From Candidatus Omnitrophota bacterium (GTDB lineage: Bacteria; Omnitrophota; Gorgyraeia; VGKH01): a stretch of 64,000 nucleotides of DNA. The position numbers and the translations under genes were made by a program. A model generated the notes under the pieces. It saw only the letters and a list, made by a program, of their open reading frames with translations, did no database searches and was not told where the DNA came from. Shown here in pieces: positions 49,699-58,996 of the stretch (position 1 is the first letter of the stretch; the number at the start of each line of letters is the position of its first letter). The stretch lies in assembly GCA_043819095.1 (NCBI GenBank), contig JBDRFF010000020.1:35890-99889 (forward strand). Direction: 5' to 3'.

Positions 49699-50677
49699 CT
49701 TCTACGCTAATTTCCTCCATACAGCGGTAATCATCACAACTTGCTTTATAACATGGTATTTCACAACCAACATCCGTGCATATTATTTCGATTCTGCCTT
49801 TTCCGATCGGTCCTGTTATCTCCGGAGAAGTTGGCCCAAATAAAGCTATTAGATTAGTGCCAACGGCTGCAGCGATATGCATCGGACCCGAATCAGCAGA
49901 AATTACTAAATCCGATTCTTTCATCAAGACCCCAAGCTGCTTTAAGGTGGTTTTTCCTGCTAAAATTATTGGTTTTGTTTTCATCAGACTTGCTATCTGG
50001 TTGGCTAGAACTATATCTTTATCTGCACCTGAAATTATTATCTTTGCTTTGAGTTCTTGATTAAGTCTGTCTGCGAGTTTTGCAAAATTTTCTTTCGGCC
50101 AGCGTTTCGGCTCCCAGTTCCCACCGGGATTGATCACAGTAATAAAATCACCTTCTTTGAAACCTTGTTTAACTAGGATCTCTTTGGAAAATTTCCTATC
50201 ATCCTCCGAGATAAAGAAGTCATAATATTTTCCATCGGATTCGATGCCATAAGCCTGGATAATGTTTAAGAAATTTTCCAATCGATGAATATCAGCTTTG
50301 GGAGATGGAACTTTTTTAGTAAGTAGAAACCCTCTTTTGCGGGTATAATAACCGGCGCGTTCTGGAATGCCGGCTAAAAAGGTTATCAGCGTCCTAGTAA
50401 AAGATCGATGGAATAGAAAAACAACATCAAATTTTTTCTTTTTTAATTCTTTGATAAAATCTATTTTCGCAATTAAGCTCTTGTGAATTTTCTTCTCGTC
50501 AAAAACAATTATCTCATCTAAATAAGGATTATCTTTTAAGATTTCAACGCAGCGGCCAACCACCATGCAAGCAATATAGCCTTCTGGGTTTGCCTTTTTT
50601 ATCGCTCTTATTGCTGCCGTCGATAAAAGCACATCGCCAAGCCAATTAACATTTACAATCAAAATCCTTTTTTTCAT
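49664..50677 (-). CDS. Glycosyltransferase family 9 (LPS heptosyltransferase, WaaF/WaaC-like)
   Basis: 337 aa; RILIVNVNWLGDVLLSTAAIRAIKKANP GT9 signature; C-terminal DSGPMHIAAAVG. Confidence 0.8.
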   Translation of the reverse strand: MKKRILIVNVNWLGDVLLSTAAIRAIKKANPEGYIACMVVGRCVEILKDNPYLDEIIVFDEKKIHKSLIAKIDFIKELKKKKFDVVFLFHRSFTRTLITFLAGIPERAGYYTRKRGFLLTKKVPSPKADIHRLENFLNIIQAYGIESDGKYYDFFISEDDRKFSKEILVKQGFKEGDFITVINPGGNWEPKRWPKENFAKLADRLNQELKAKIIISGADKDIVLANQIASLMKTKPIILAGKTTLKQLGVLMKESDLVISADSGPMHIAAAVGTNLIALFGPTSPEITGPIGKGRIEIICTDVGCEIPCYKASCDDYRCMEEISVEDVFQKVKQFRN

Positions 50678-50680
50678 ATT

Positions 50681-51775
50681 TTAAGATATAACTGATCGAT
50701 AGAGCTTTTCTGTTTCGTTAGACATTTTGTCTAAAGAAAAATTGTCACGAATGCTTCTTTTAGCATTCTCACCTAACTGTTTTGCACGTTGTTTGTTCTC
50801 AAGTAGAGAGATAATCGCCTTTGCAATAATCTCTGGATCCTGGGGCGGTATGAGAATTCCCGTCTTGTTATCTTCGATTAATTCCGGTATCCCACCGACA
50901 AATGTAGCAATAACGGCAAGTCCCATTGCCTGCGCTTCCATAATGGAAAGACCAAGGCCTTCCTGAAGCGAACTCATAACAAACACGTCCATCACGGCCA
51001 ATACTGATGCTGTCTGGTCCACCGATGGGATAAAAAATATATTATTACTCAATTCCAAATCATGGGCTTGATTAATCAGATCCTGTTTAATCTTGCCGTC
51101 GCCGATAAACAAAAGCTGTGCTGACGGAAATCTTGCAACAACATCTTTCATTGCTGCAATTAAATGGTTTTGCCCCTTAACGGTTGAGAGTCTTGCAATA
51201 TTTCCAATTACAGGACCATCTCCTAAACCAATCCATTTCTTATAATCATCAATCTGACTTTGAGTATATTCTGGATAATCACGCATATCTAAACCATTAT
51301 AAATAAGCTCAATATCCTCATACTTAACCTTTAAATCTTCAGATAGATGCCTTCGGACTGCTTGGCTTATTGCGATTACTTTCTTTCCCCAGCATGGAAA
51401 TATTATTCGATGGAAACGTGGCCTAAAAAACCCATGACAGGTACAAACATAAGGAATTCCGTAAAATTTATAAAGCCAGAAAGACAATACCTGCGTGACC
51501 CTTGTCTGCGCATGGATAATCTGAATCTTGTTTTCTCTGATAATCTTAGAAAGTTTTTTTAAACAAAATAAAATCTTAGGGCTTAAATCTGACTTTGTAG
51601 CTATGTCTATATCAAAGTGCTTGATTTTCTCTTTTTTTAAAGTCTCTACCCATTCTCCGCCGCTTGAAGCGATAAAGATACTATGATTCTTCTTTTTTAA
51701 CCCTTTAGCTAGAGAAACCACATAACTTGCAATTCCTCCGGGATTAAGATGCGTTGTAATAATTAATATATTCAT
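50681..51775 (-). CDS. Glycosyltransferase family 4
   Basis: 364 aa; GT-B GT4 pattern with the E-x7-E region (SSLQEGLGLSIMEAQAMGLAVIA). Confidence 0.8.
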   Translation of the reverse strand: MNILIITTHLNPGGIASYVVSLAKGLKKKNHSIFIASSGGEWVETLKKEKIKHFDIDIATKSDLSPKILFCLKKLSKIIRENKIQIIHAQTRVTQVLSFWLYKFYGIPYVCTCHGFFRPRFHRIIFPCWGKKVIAISQAVRRHLSEDLKVKYEDIELIYNGLDMRDYPEYTQSQIDDYKKWIGLGDGPVIGNIARLSTVKGQNHLIAAMKDVVARFPSAQLLFIGDGKIKQDLINQAHDLELSNNIFFIPSVDQTASVLAVMDVFVMSSLQEGLGLSIMEAQAMGLAVIATFVGGIPELIEDNKTGILIPPQDPEIIAKAIISLLENKQRAKQLGENAKRSIRDNFSLDKMSNETEKLYRSVIS

Positions 51776-53872
51776 CTAATTATTTTTTAAACTAATCAAA
51801 TTTTTAACCGCCTGAAAAACTTCAGCAACACCGATATCTGACATGCATTCCGTTTTTCTACATTGTGGTTTATAACAAGGGCTGCAGTTTAGATCTTTTC
51901 TTATCACCATAGCATTTTTTGCTGGCGGCATATGCCTTTCAGGAGAAGTTGGACCAAATAAGGCAACAACAGAAACTCCTGCTGCCGCGGCAATATGTAG
52001 CGGTGCAGAATCTCCTGTTATAAAGACATTGCATCTTTTAATCAACGCGACTAATTGCATCAACGTAGTCTTACCTGAAAAGATTAAAAGCTTAGATGAT
52101 GTCTTCTCCTGCAGCTTCTCGGCAAATCCAGCTTCGTCCTTTGTGCCAGTAACTACGACTCTTATATTTTCATTAGAAAGAGCATTGCAAAGCTGGGCAA
52201 ATTTTTCGATCGGCCAGCATTTAGTAACCCACTTTTTGCTTGCACATAAGTTTATTCCCACGATTCTTTCCTTTTTGTTAACCCAATAGGAATCTAACAG
52301 GCCTTTTACATGATCTTCGTTTTCTTTTGAAGGCCATAACTCTAATTCTACATCTTTATCCTGAATGCCCAGCAGCTTTAGGGTTCTAAATTGATGCTCC
52401 ACCGGAGGAATCCCAATCGGTAACTGTTTTACTTTATGATTTAATAAAAAACTAAATTTTCCGTTATCGTAACCGAATCTTTCCGGCGACATACTCAAAA
52501 AAGAAATTATGTGGCTGCTGCGATTATTCTGCAGGTCAACAACAAGATCAAAGTTATATTTTCTTAATTCTTTAGATATATCCAATATTCCTTTTATCCC
52601 TTTATGTTTTCCTTCGCGATCATATACAATCAGACCGTTTAGATAAGGACAGTTATGCAAGATCTGCTTAGATTCTTTTCCGACCAAACAGTAAATTTTG
52701 GCTTGAGGAAATTTATTTTTTATCGCCCTTATCGAAGGCACAGACAGAATTACATCTCCTATCGCACTAATCTTTATCATTAATATATTCTTGGTGCTAA
52801 CGGCCTCTTCGTAAACCTTAATCGTCGACTCGCACATCCGCTCTAAATTGAATCTTTCTTCAACATTTTTCCTTGCCTTCTGAGTTATCTTCTGAATGCC
52901 AGTCCTATCTTTCAAAACTTTAATTATTGCGCTGGCCATAGCATCGGCATCTTTAGGTGGGACCAAAATACCAGTCTTGCCATCTTCGATAATATCCACA
53001 ACGCCCCCTACCCTTGTTGCCACGACTGGCACTCCTGCTGCCTGGGCCTCGACTATGACACGGCCAAAGGCCTCTTCGGTGACCGTTGATAGAACAACGA
53101 GGTTTAACTTCGCAATAATTTGAGGGATGTCTTTACGTCTTCCCAAAAATTTGACGCAATGAGACAATCCTAATCTTCGAGCCAAGGTCTGAACCTCTTC
53201 TTTGTAAATCTGTTTATTCTCAGGAGCATCTCCCACAACCCAAACCTTTAAATACGGCATAGAGCGTATAACCTTTGCGACTGCTTTTAGAAAATATGCA
53301 TGCCCTTTTAACGGCGTGATCCTGCCAATTATACCGATAATAAATTCAGTTTTTGATTTCTCGCTATAGGGCTGAAAGCTGAACTTTTTCAAGTCAACGC
53401 TTCGCGGTATTAATCTAATACGCTGATAAGGAACCGAAAAATCATCGATCATATGCCTTCCGATTACATTGCTGGGAACAATAACCAGTTTCGGCCATCC
53501 CATAACTTTAGAAAAGAAATGCTCTGAATAATATCCGTGGCAAGTCGTCATAAACGTTGCCCCTGTATTTCGACAGGCAAAAAATGAAATCCAAGCGGGG
53601 ACGCGGGAACGAGCATGTACGATATCTATCTTTTCATTCTTTATTATTTCAGATAATTTTTTAATCATCTCTAAAATTGTAACTATCGACTTTCTATGCA
53701 CTGGCAATTTATAGTGGACTACTTTTGCGTCTTCCAAATCCTTAACTAAATCTCCGCCGTTTGAGACTACTACTGACTTATGTCCATTGTTGACTAGGTA
53801 TTTTGCAAAATCAACTGTACCTGTCTCTACCCCGCCGACATTTAGCTCTGGCAATACCTGTAAGATATTCAT
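51776..53872 (-). CDS. Fusion protein: N-terminal GT4 glycosyltransferase + C-terminal GT9 heptosyltransferase-like domain
   Basis: 698 aa; residues ~1-350 are GT4 (LSTVTEEAFGRVIVEAQAAGVPVVA). Residues ~360-698 are GT9 (ILMIKISAIGDVILSVPSIRAIKNKFP...DSAPLHIAAAAG). Confidence 0.75.
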   Translation of the reverse strand: MNILQVLPELNVGGVETGTVDFAKYLVNNGHKSVVVSNGGDLVKDLEDAKVVHYKLPVHRKSIVTILEMIKKLSEIIKNEKIDIVHARSRVPAWISFFACRNTGATFMTTCHGYYSEHFFSKVMGWPKLVIVPSNVIGRHMIDDFSVPYQRIRLIPRSVDLKKFSFQPYSEKSKTEFIIGIIGRITPLKGHAYFLKAVAKVIRSMPYLKVWVVGDAPENKQIYKEEVQTLARRLGLSHCVKFLGRRKDIPQIIAKLNLVVLSTVTEEAFGRVIVEAQAAGVPVVATRVGGVVDIIEDGKTGILVPPKDADAMASAIIKVLKDRTGIQKITQKARKNVEERFNLERMCESTIKVYEEAVSTKNILMIKISAIGDVILSVPSIRAIKNKFPQAKIYCLVGKESKQILHNCPYLNGLIVYDREGKHKGIKGILDISKELRKYNFDLVVDLQNNRSSHIISFLSMSPERFGYDNGKFSFLLNHKVKQLPIGIPPVEHQFRTLKLLGIQDKDVELELWPSKENEDHVKGLLDSYWVNKKERIVGINLCASKKWVTKCWPIEKFAQLCNALSNENIRVVVTGTKDEAGFAEKLQEKTSSKLLIFSGKTTLMQLVALIKRCNVFITGDSAPLHIAAAAGVSVVALFGPTSPERHMPPAKNAMVIRKDLNCSPCYKPQCRKTECMSDIGVAEVFQAVKNLISLKNN

Positions 53873-55830
53873 ACGATTTTCCTTATCGCATTTGTTACGA
53901 TTTGATTATCGTCTATTTTTTTTATTTTCGGTTTCTTTATCAGAGTCTCTTTGATAGATTTTGAAATATTCTCTGGATTAATCAACGAAATATAACCTTG
54001 TTCGCTTAAATGTCTTAAGAATATCCTATGTTTATGCTGCTGCGATATAGTTTTCTGGGCAGTCTCTACGACGATAACATATTTGCCGGAGCTCGCTGCC
54101 TCAGAAACCATCGAAATACTGTCATTGCTGACTATGATTATTTCGCTTAACCCCATAATCCCGCCTACTGCTTCAGGAATATTGTCGTCATTTGCAATTA
54201 TTAACAATTTACATCTTGAGAACTCTTTAAATTCTCTTCTGATTAACTCTTCGACTTTCAAAGGAGTTCTACGGGAAGTAGTCAGGAGAACCTGTAAATT
54301 TAATTGCTTAGATATCTCTTTTAACTCTGAAATCAAGTCTCTGATGGCATCGTAAGAAATCTGATATCCTTTCGTATCTCCACCTATAAAAACACCTATT
54401 CTGGTTTTCTGATCTTCACCAAGCACTGGAACCTCTGCGATGAGTCTCTGCGACTGGTCTTTCAAGTAATCCTCATCTACTAAATTCAGCGAACCATTTG
54501 TTATTACTACATTTTTCCTCTGGGCAGGCCGATCATGCTTAGGCATAATCACTAAATCAAATCTATTCGTGGCCAACAGATTGGGTTTTAATATTGATAT
54601 ACTTTTTGCGCGACTATCGTTAGATAAAATATAATTTATATTAGAAAGTGCGGAGCCGCAAGAAACGATAAAGTCACTCTTTATCGTAGATAATTTTCTG
54701 AAAGAGGATTTATCCAAAAATTTCTCCAAGCACCAAAGGCATCCCTGACAATGACGTTTCGCGGCAGGCAGGGAACATACAGCCAATAATGCTTTAGAAA
54801 ATCTATTTTTGAATTTGACGTCCAATATCTCTACTTGAGATTTTAAATTACGCTGTCCTAATTCTTTGACTAAGATTTTAGTAACAGCCTGGCTCTGTCG
54901 TAAATGACCAATTTTACCATCATTTAAAATAACAATTTTTCTTTCATCGGTATATTTCCAGATCTTATAAAGCCACATGTATTGGTCTGGATATTGACGG
55001 ATCATTTCTTCGCCTAATCTTGTGACTTTCTTAAGATTAGTATCTATATCTCTTTCGATATCGCCAGTTTTTTTCAAATCTAATTTCTTAAGAATAATTT
55101 TATGAAACGGCCCCCTCAGACGAATTATAAATGAAACTACAACGGGAACATCAAATTTTAAAGCTAGCCTTAGGGCGCCGGTGGGAAAAGAAGCATTTTT
55201 GCCGAAGAATTTTGTTAATTGTCCTTCTCTGCCTCCCTGGTCAAGAACCAAACCTAATAATTCTTTATTCTTTATAATTCTAATCATTTCCCTAGGATTA
55301 TCCCCTCTATAAAGGACACTGCCTGGCCGCATTTGTCGATAGGAGCTAAGTAACCTATCGGTAAGAACATACTTTTCATGTTCTCTAGCTACAATCCTAA
55401 ATGGCGGACCTAATTTATCGCATAAAACAAAAGATAATTCCCAGCTTCCAAAATGCATACTGGATAAGATCATCGCTTGTTTTTTGTTTATTGGATCTAA
55501 AATCACATCTTTGTTTTCAAACTTAACATATTTTTCGGTATAACCATAAGAGATCTTCGGCAGGCACAAAACCTCAACAACATGCTGGCAGAAATTCTGG
55601 AATGATTTTTTAGTAATTTTTTTTATCTCGTTAAAACTTTTAGATTGGCCGAAAGCGATCTTAATATTTGTATAAATTACATTTTTGTGTTTTTTATCCA
55701 AATAATAGCCAAAGGTGCCTATAACCTTGCCTAAATACAGGGCGAACCCGACCGGCAAAGCCCTAAAAAACCAACCAAGTGCTTTAGCAGTTGCAAACAG
55801 AAGATAATCTTTCAAAAAATGTTTTTTCAT
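53869..55830 (-). CDS. Fusion protein: LpxL/HtrB-type lipid A late acyltransferase domain + ELM1/DUF1022-like GT-B-like domain
   Basis: 653 aa. N-terminal ~290 aa matches lauroyl/myristoyl acyltransferase (FATAKALGWFFRALP..., NxxxAF..., HFGSWE motif). C-terminal ~350 aa carries the TTSRRTP motif I recall from the mitochondrial-fission ELM1 (PF06258) family. The first 47 nt overlap lpxK, so the true start may be downstream. Confidence 0.6.
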   Translation of the reverse strand: MKKHFLKDYLLFATAKALGWFFRALPVGFALYLGKVIGTFGYYLDKKHKNVIYTNIKIAFGQSKSFNEIKKITKKSFQNFCQHVVEVLCLPKISYGYTEKYVKFENKDVILDPINKKQAMILSSMHFGSWELSFVLCDKLGPPFRIVAREHEKYVLTDRLLSSYRQMRPGSVLYRGDNPREMIRIIKNKELLGLVLDQGGREGQLTKFFGKNASFPTGALRLALKFDVPVVVSFIIRLRGPFHKIILKKLDLKKTGDIERDIDTNLKKVTRLGEEMIRQYPDQYMWLYKIWKYTDERKIVILNDGKIGHLRQSQAVTKILVKELGQRNLKSQVEILDVKFKNRFSKALLAVCSLPAAKRHCQGCLWCLEKFLDKSSFRKLSTIKSDFIVSCGSALSNINYILSNDSRAKSISILKPNLLATNRFDLVIMPKHDRPAQRKNVVITNGSLNLVDEDYLKDQSQRLIAEVPVLGEDQKTRIGVFIGGDTKGYQISYDAIRDLISELKEISKQLNLQVLLTTSRRTPLKVEELIRREFKEFSRCKLLIIANDDNIPEAVGGIMGLSEIIIVSNDSISMVSEAASSGKYVIVVETAQKTISQQHKHRIFLRHLSEQGYISLINPENISKSIKETLIKKPKIKKIDDNQIVTNAIRKIV

Positions 55831-56845
55831 TTTTTGTAAACTTAATTCCTATTCGTAAGGCAAGCAGAGAAATGCCCTCTGCAAAGCTCGGGTTAAACTC
55901 ATTTATTCTAGGTACGTCTTTCTCGGTAGTAATTATTGTGTTTATTTTATTTTCGCTACAGACCCGTATTATTTTTTTTATATCATCTTGTTTATATTGA
56001 TAATGGTCTTGAAAATAAAATCGAAGAGTAGGTTTAAGCCCTAATTTAAGAACTGTATTTTCAAAAGTTATAGGATCTCCAATACTCGCCAATAAGCAGA
56101 CATTTCTATTCATAAGTCCGGATACATTTACTTCTTCCTTGTTTCCTGCCCTGATCAGCGATAAAGGATGATGCACCGTCTCAACAAGCAAAGACCTAGA
56201 ATTTATCTGTTCTGATAAGAATTTAATCTTTACTAAATTATCCGAACCGAAATCTGTTTTAGTTGCGACTATCACATCCACTCTCCTTAGAGAAGAAAGA
56301 GGCTCTCTTAAGATACCCCGAGGGATTAATTTTCTGTTGCCAAAAGGATTTGTAGAATCGATAGTCACGATTTCCAAATCTTTATGAATCCGCCACTGTT
56401 GAAAACCATCATCAAGCAAAATTACTTCTGTGTTATGATCCTGGATTGCCTTTCTTGCATTTTTTATACGATCGCGACCGACCAAGACAGGAACACCAGA
56501 AAGATGCTCTGATAACATAGAAGCTTCATCTGATTTTCCCTCCTTGGAAAGCTCTCTTTTATATCCTCGGGTTAAAATAGCTACTTTTACGCCTTTTTCA
56601 GCTAAGCGCTTAGCTATTGTCTCGACAAGCGGCGTTTTGCCGGTACCTCCAAGAGTAATATTGCCTACGCTAATAACCTTACACTCGAGGTAATGTTTTT
56701 TGAAAATCCTTACTTTATATAAAAAAATAATCGACCTAACTACAAGTTCATAGAAAAAGGAAAACAAAAGAAAGAAAAATTTCAATACGGAAGGTATTAT
56801 TCCGTTAATTCTATCTGTTGCTAAATTGTAAAGATATTCTTGCAT
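55784..56845 (-). CDS. lpxK: Tetraacyldisaccharide 4'-kinase
   Basis: 353 aa; VISVGNITLGGTGKTPLVE P-loop; RGY motif. Confidence 0.85.
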   Translation of the reverse strand: MQEYLYNLATDRINGIIPSVLKFFFLLFSFFYELVVRSIIFLYKVRIFKKHYLECKVISVGNITLGGTGKTPLVETIAKRLAEKGVKVAILTRGYKRELSKEGKSDEASMLSEHLSGVPVLVGRDRIKNARKAIQDHNTEVILLDDGFQQWRIHKDLEIVTIDSTNPFGNRKLIPRGILREPLSSLRRVDVIVATKTDFGSDNLVKIKFLSEQINSRSLLVETVHHPLSLIRAGNKEEVNVSGLMNRNVCLLASIGDPITFENTVLKLGLKPTLRFYFQDHYQYKQDDIKKIIRVCSENKINTIITTEKDVPRINEFNPSFAEGISLLALRIGIKFTKNEKTFFERLSSVCNC

Positions 56846-58116
56846 TAAAACTTTAGGATTTCTTTTAATAAATTTACTGTTCTTTCTGTAGCGCCTCTGT
56901 TTTCTTCGACTACTTCCTTGGCGTTTTTACTTATAGTTTGCGTTCTTACGTTATTATCAAACAGCATTTTTATGTTTTTTTGTAAGCCCTGCTCATCTTT
57001 TACTTGTATAGCGGCTTTTCTGCTTAAAAATGTGTCTGTCATATCCTGAAAATTACTCATATTTGGCCCGAAGATAATTGGTTTTCCGAAATATCCCGGC
57101 TCAATAATATTGTGACCGCCTTTATTCACTAAGCTTCCACCCACAAAGACTATTGTCGCTAAATTATACAAAGTCTTTAGATCTCCGATGGTATCAACTA
57201 GAAAAATATAATTCGAATATGCCGTTAGATTTAACTGCTCATTTTTTACTTTTGAGAACTTAATAACCTTAAAATTATTAGCTTTGATTAGCTCGATTAT
57301 GCTGTTTACCCTATCTATATGTCTGGGTGCTATCATCAATTTCAAGCGCGGATAATCTCTTAAGATATTCTTATAAACCCTGATAATAATTTCCTCTTCG
57401 TTAGAATGCGTACTACCCGCAATCAAAAGACGATCATCTTTTTTAAGACCCAAATCGGTAGTCTGATAACTATGGCTGGGAAACGTCTCATCAAATTTCA
57501 AATTACCAATGACCTTCACCTTATCCTTATCCGCACCCAGATAGATAATCTTTTCTGCGTCATCTAACGTCTGCATACAGAAAAGTGAAATTTTGTTTAA
57601 AATGCCTTTCAAGAAATATCTAATTTTTCTGTAGCCTTTAAAAGAGCGCTTAGAGATCCTGCCGTTTATTATAATTATCGGGATTCTTCTTTTATGCAGA
57701 TAATTGATAATGTTAGGCCAGATTTCAGTCTCGGCAGTAACAAAAACGCAAGGATTAATCCTATTGACAAACTTTCTTACGATAAGACTTAAGTCTAAGG
57801 GAAAATAGATAACTATGTCTTGGTTTTTTATCAATGATCGGGCGATTTTATTTCCAGTAGGAGTAACCGTTGAGATCAAAAGTTTTTTATCGGGAAGTTG
57901 TTTTCGTAAAACATCGAGTAATTTCGATACTACCAATGCCTCTCCCACGCTTACCGCATGAATCCAGATATAATCTTTATCTTTTAGCTTAGTCAATTCT
58001 TTAGGAAGAAAGCCCAGACGCGATAAGAAACCTTTGTGGAGCTTCCGCTTAAAAAGAAAAATCGGGAAATAAATAAGATGTAATATGATAAAAATAATGT
58101 CGTAAATTAAAGTCAT
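56845..58116 (-). CDS. waaA: 3-deoxy-D-manno-octulosonic acid (Kdo) transferase
   Basis: 423 aa; N-terminal membrane anchor, IWIHAVSVGE signature of KdtA/WaaA, GT-B C-terminal half. Confidence 0.85.
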   Translation of the reverse strand: MTLIYDIIFIILHLIYFPIFLFKRKLHKGFLSRLGFLPKELTKLKDKDYIWIHAVSVGEALVVSKLLDVLRKQLPDKKLLISTVTPTGNKIARSLIKNQDIVIYFPLDLSLIVRKFVNRINPCVFVTAETEIWPNIINYLHKRRIPIIIINGRISKRSFKGYRKIRYFLKGILNKISLFCMQTLDDAEKIIYLGADKDKVKVIGNLKFDETFPSHSYQTTDLGLKKDDRLLIAGSTHSNEEEIIIRVYKNILRDYPRLKLMIAPRHIDRVNSIIELIKANNFKVIKFSKVKNEQLNLTAYSNYIFLVDTIGDLKTLYNLATIVFVGGSLVNKGGHNIIEPGYFGKPIIFGPNMSNFQDMTDTFLSRKAAIQVKDEQGLQKNIKMLFDNNVRTQTISKNAKEVVEENRGATERTVNLLKEILKF

Positions 58117-58135
58117 ATTTCTAATTTTTTAATCA

Positions 58136-58996
58136 TCAAGCACGAGGATGTGCTTTATCGTAAATATTCTTTAACCTTTCCGTGGATAGATGTGTATAAA
58201 TTTGCGTGCTGGAAAGATTGGCGTGCCCAAGTAATTCTTGAACCGATCTTAAATCAGCTCCGTGATTAAGCAAATGCGTTGCGAAAGAATGCCTTAAGGT
58301 ATGCGGCGAGATATTTTCTTTTAAACTAGTGATGCGAATATATTTCTCCATAATATCCCTTACGCCGCGATCGCTTAGCCTAGTTCCATTTTTATTTAAT
58401 AATAATTCTTTTTTTTGCTTTTTTCTCTTATCAACATATTCTCTCAGTGCTGATAATGCCTTCTCTCCAATCGGCAGAAGCCTTTCTTTCTTACCTTTAC
58501 CCCTGACCTTTACCACTCCGGAAATAAAATCAATGTCTTCGATATCCAAGCCAACCAGTTCGCCGATTCTCATTCCAGTACTGTAAAGCGTCTCTAAAAT
58601 CGCTCTATCCCTTAATCCGGATTGCTTATCTCTTGGCGGCGCATTAAGAAGTTTTAACATCTCTTCTTCGGTTAAGAATTCTGGAAGCCGTTTATCTAAT
58701 TTGGGAGTTAATAAAAGCAAGGTTGGATTTGATTTAAGATAGCCTTCTCGACAAAGAAACCTGAAAAATGTTCTTAAACAGGATATTTTTCTGGCTAATG
58801 TCCGGCTTTTAAGATTTTTTGATTTTAGATGGGCAAGATATTTTCGTAAAGTTAAGTATTCGACATTCTCCAGGGGCGTTTCTTTTAGGAAAACGCCGAA
58901 TTCCTCTAAATCGTGTTTATAATTCACTATCGTATAGTTTGAGGAATTTTTCTCAATCTCTAAATAAGAAATAAATTTATCGATGTAGCGTTTCAT
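58136..58996 (-). CDS. Tyrosine site-specific recombinase XerC/XerD family
   Basis: 286 aa; R...HxxR...Y catalytic set (HTLRHSFATHLL, LGHANLSSTQIYTH). Housekeeping neighbourhood next to topA/dprA. Confidence 0.85.
   Translation of the reverse strand: MKRYIDKFISYLEIEKNSSNYTIVNYKHDLEEFGVFLKETPLENVEYLTLRKYLAHLKSKNLKSRTLARKISCLRTFFRFLCREGYLKSNPTLLLLTPKLDKRLPEFLTEEEMLKLLNAPPRDKQSGLRDRAILETLYSTGMRIGELVGLDIEDIDFISGVVKVRGKGKKERLLPIGEKALSALREYVDKRKKQKKELLLNKNGTRLSDRGVRDIMEKYIRITSLKENISPHTLRHSFATHLLNHGADLRSVQELLGHANLSSTQIYTHLSTERLKNIYDKAHPRA

Noticed and set aside
58136-58996. Tyrosine recombinase as marker of an integrated mobile element or genomic island (the LPS cluster being an island)
   Set aside because: Its sequence and context (topA-dprA-aroK neighbours) fit housekeeping XerC/XerD. 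There are no flanking direct repeats, tRNA gene, phage/transposase genes or compositional shift.
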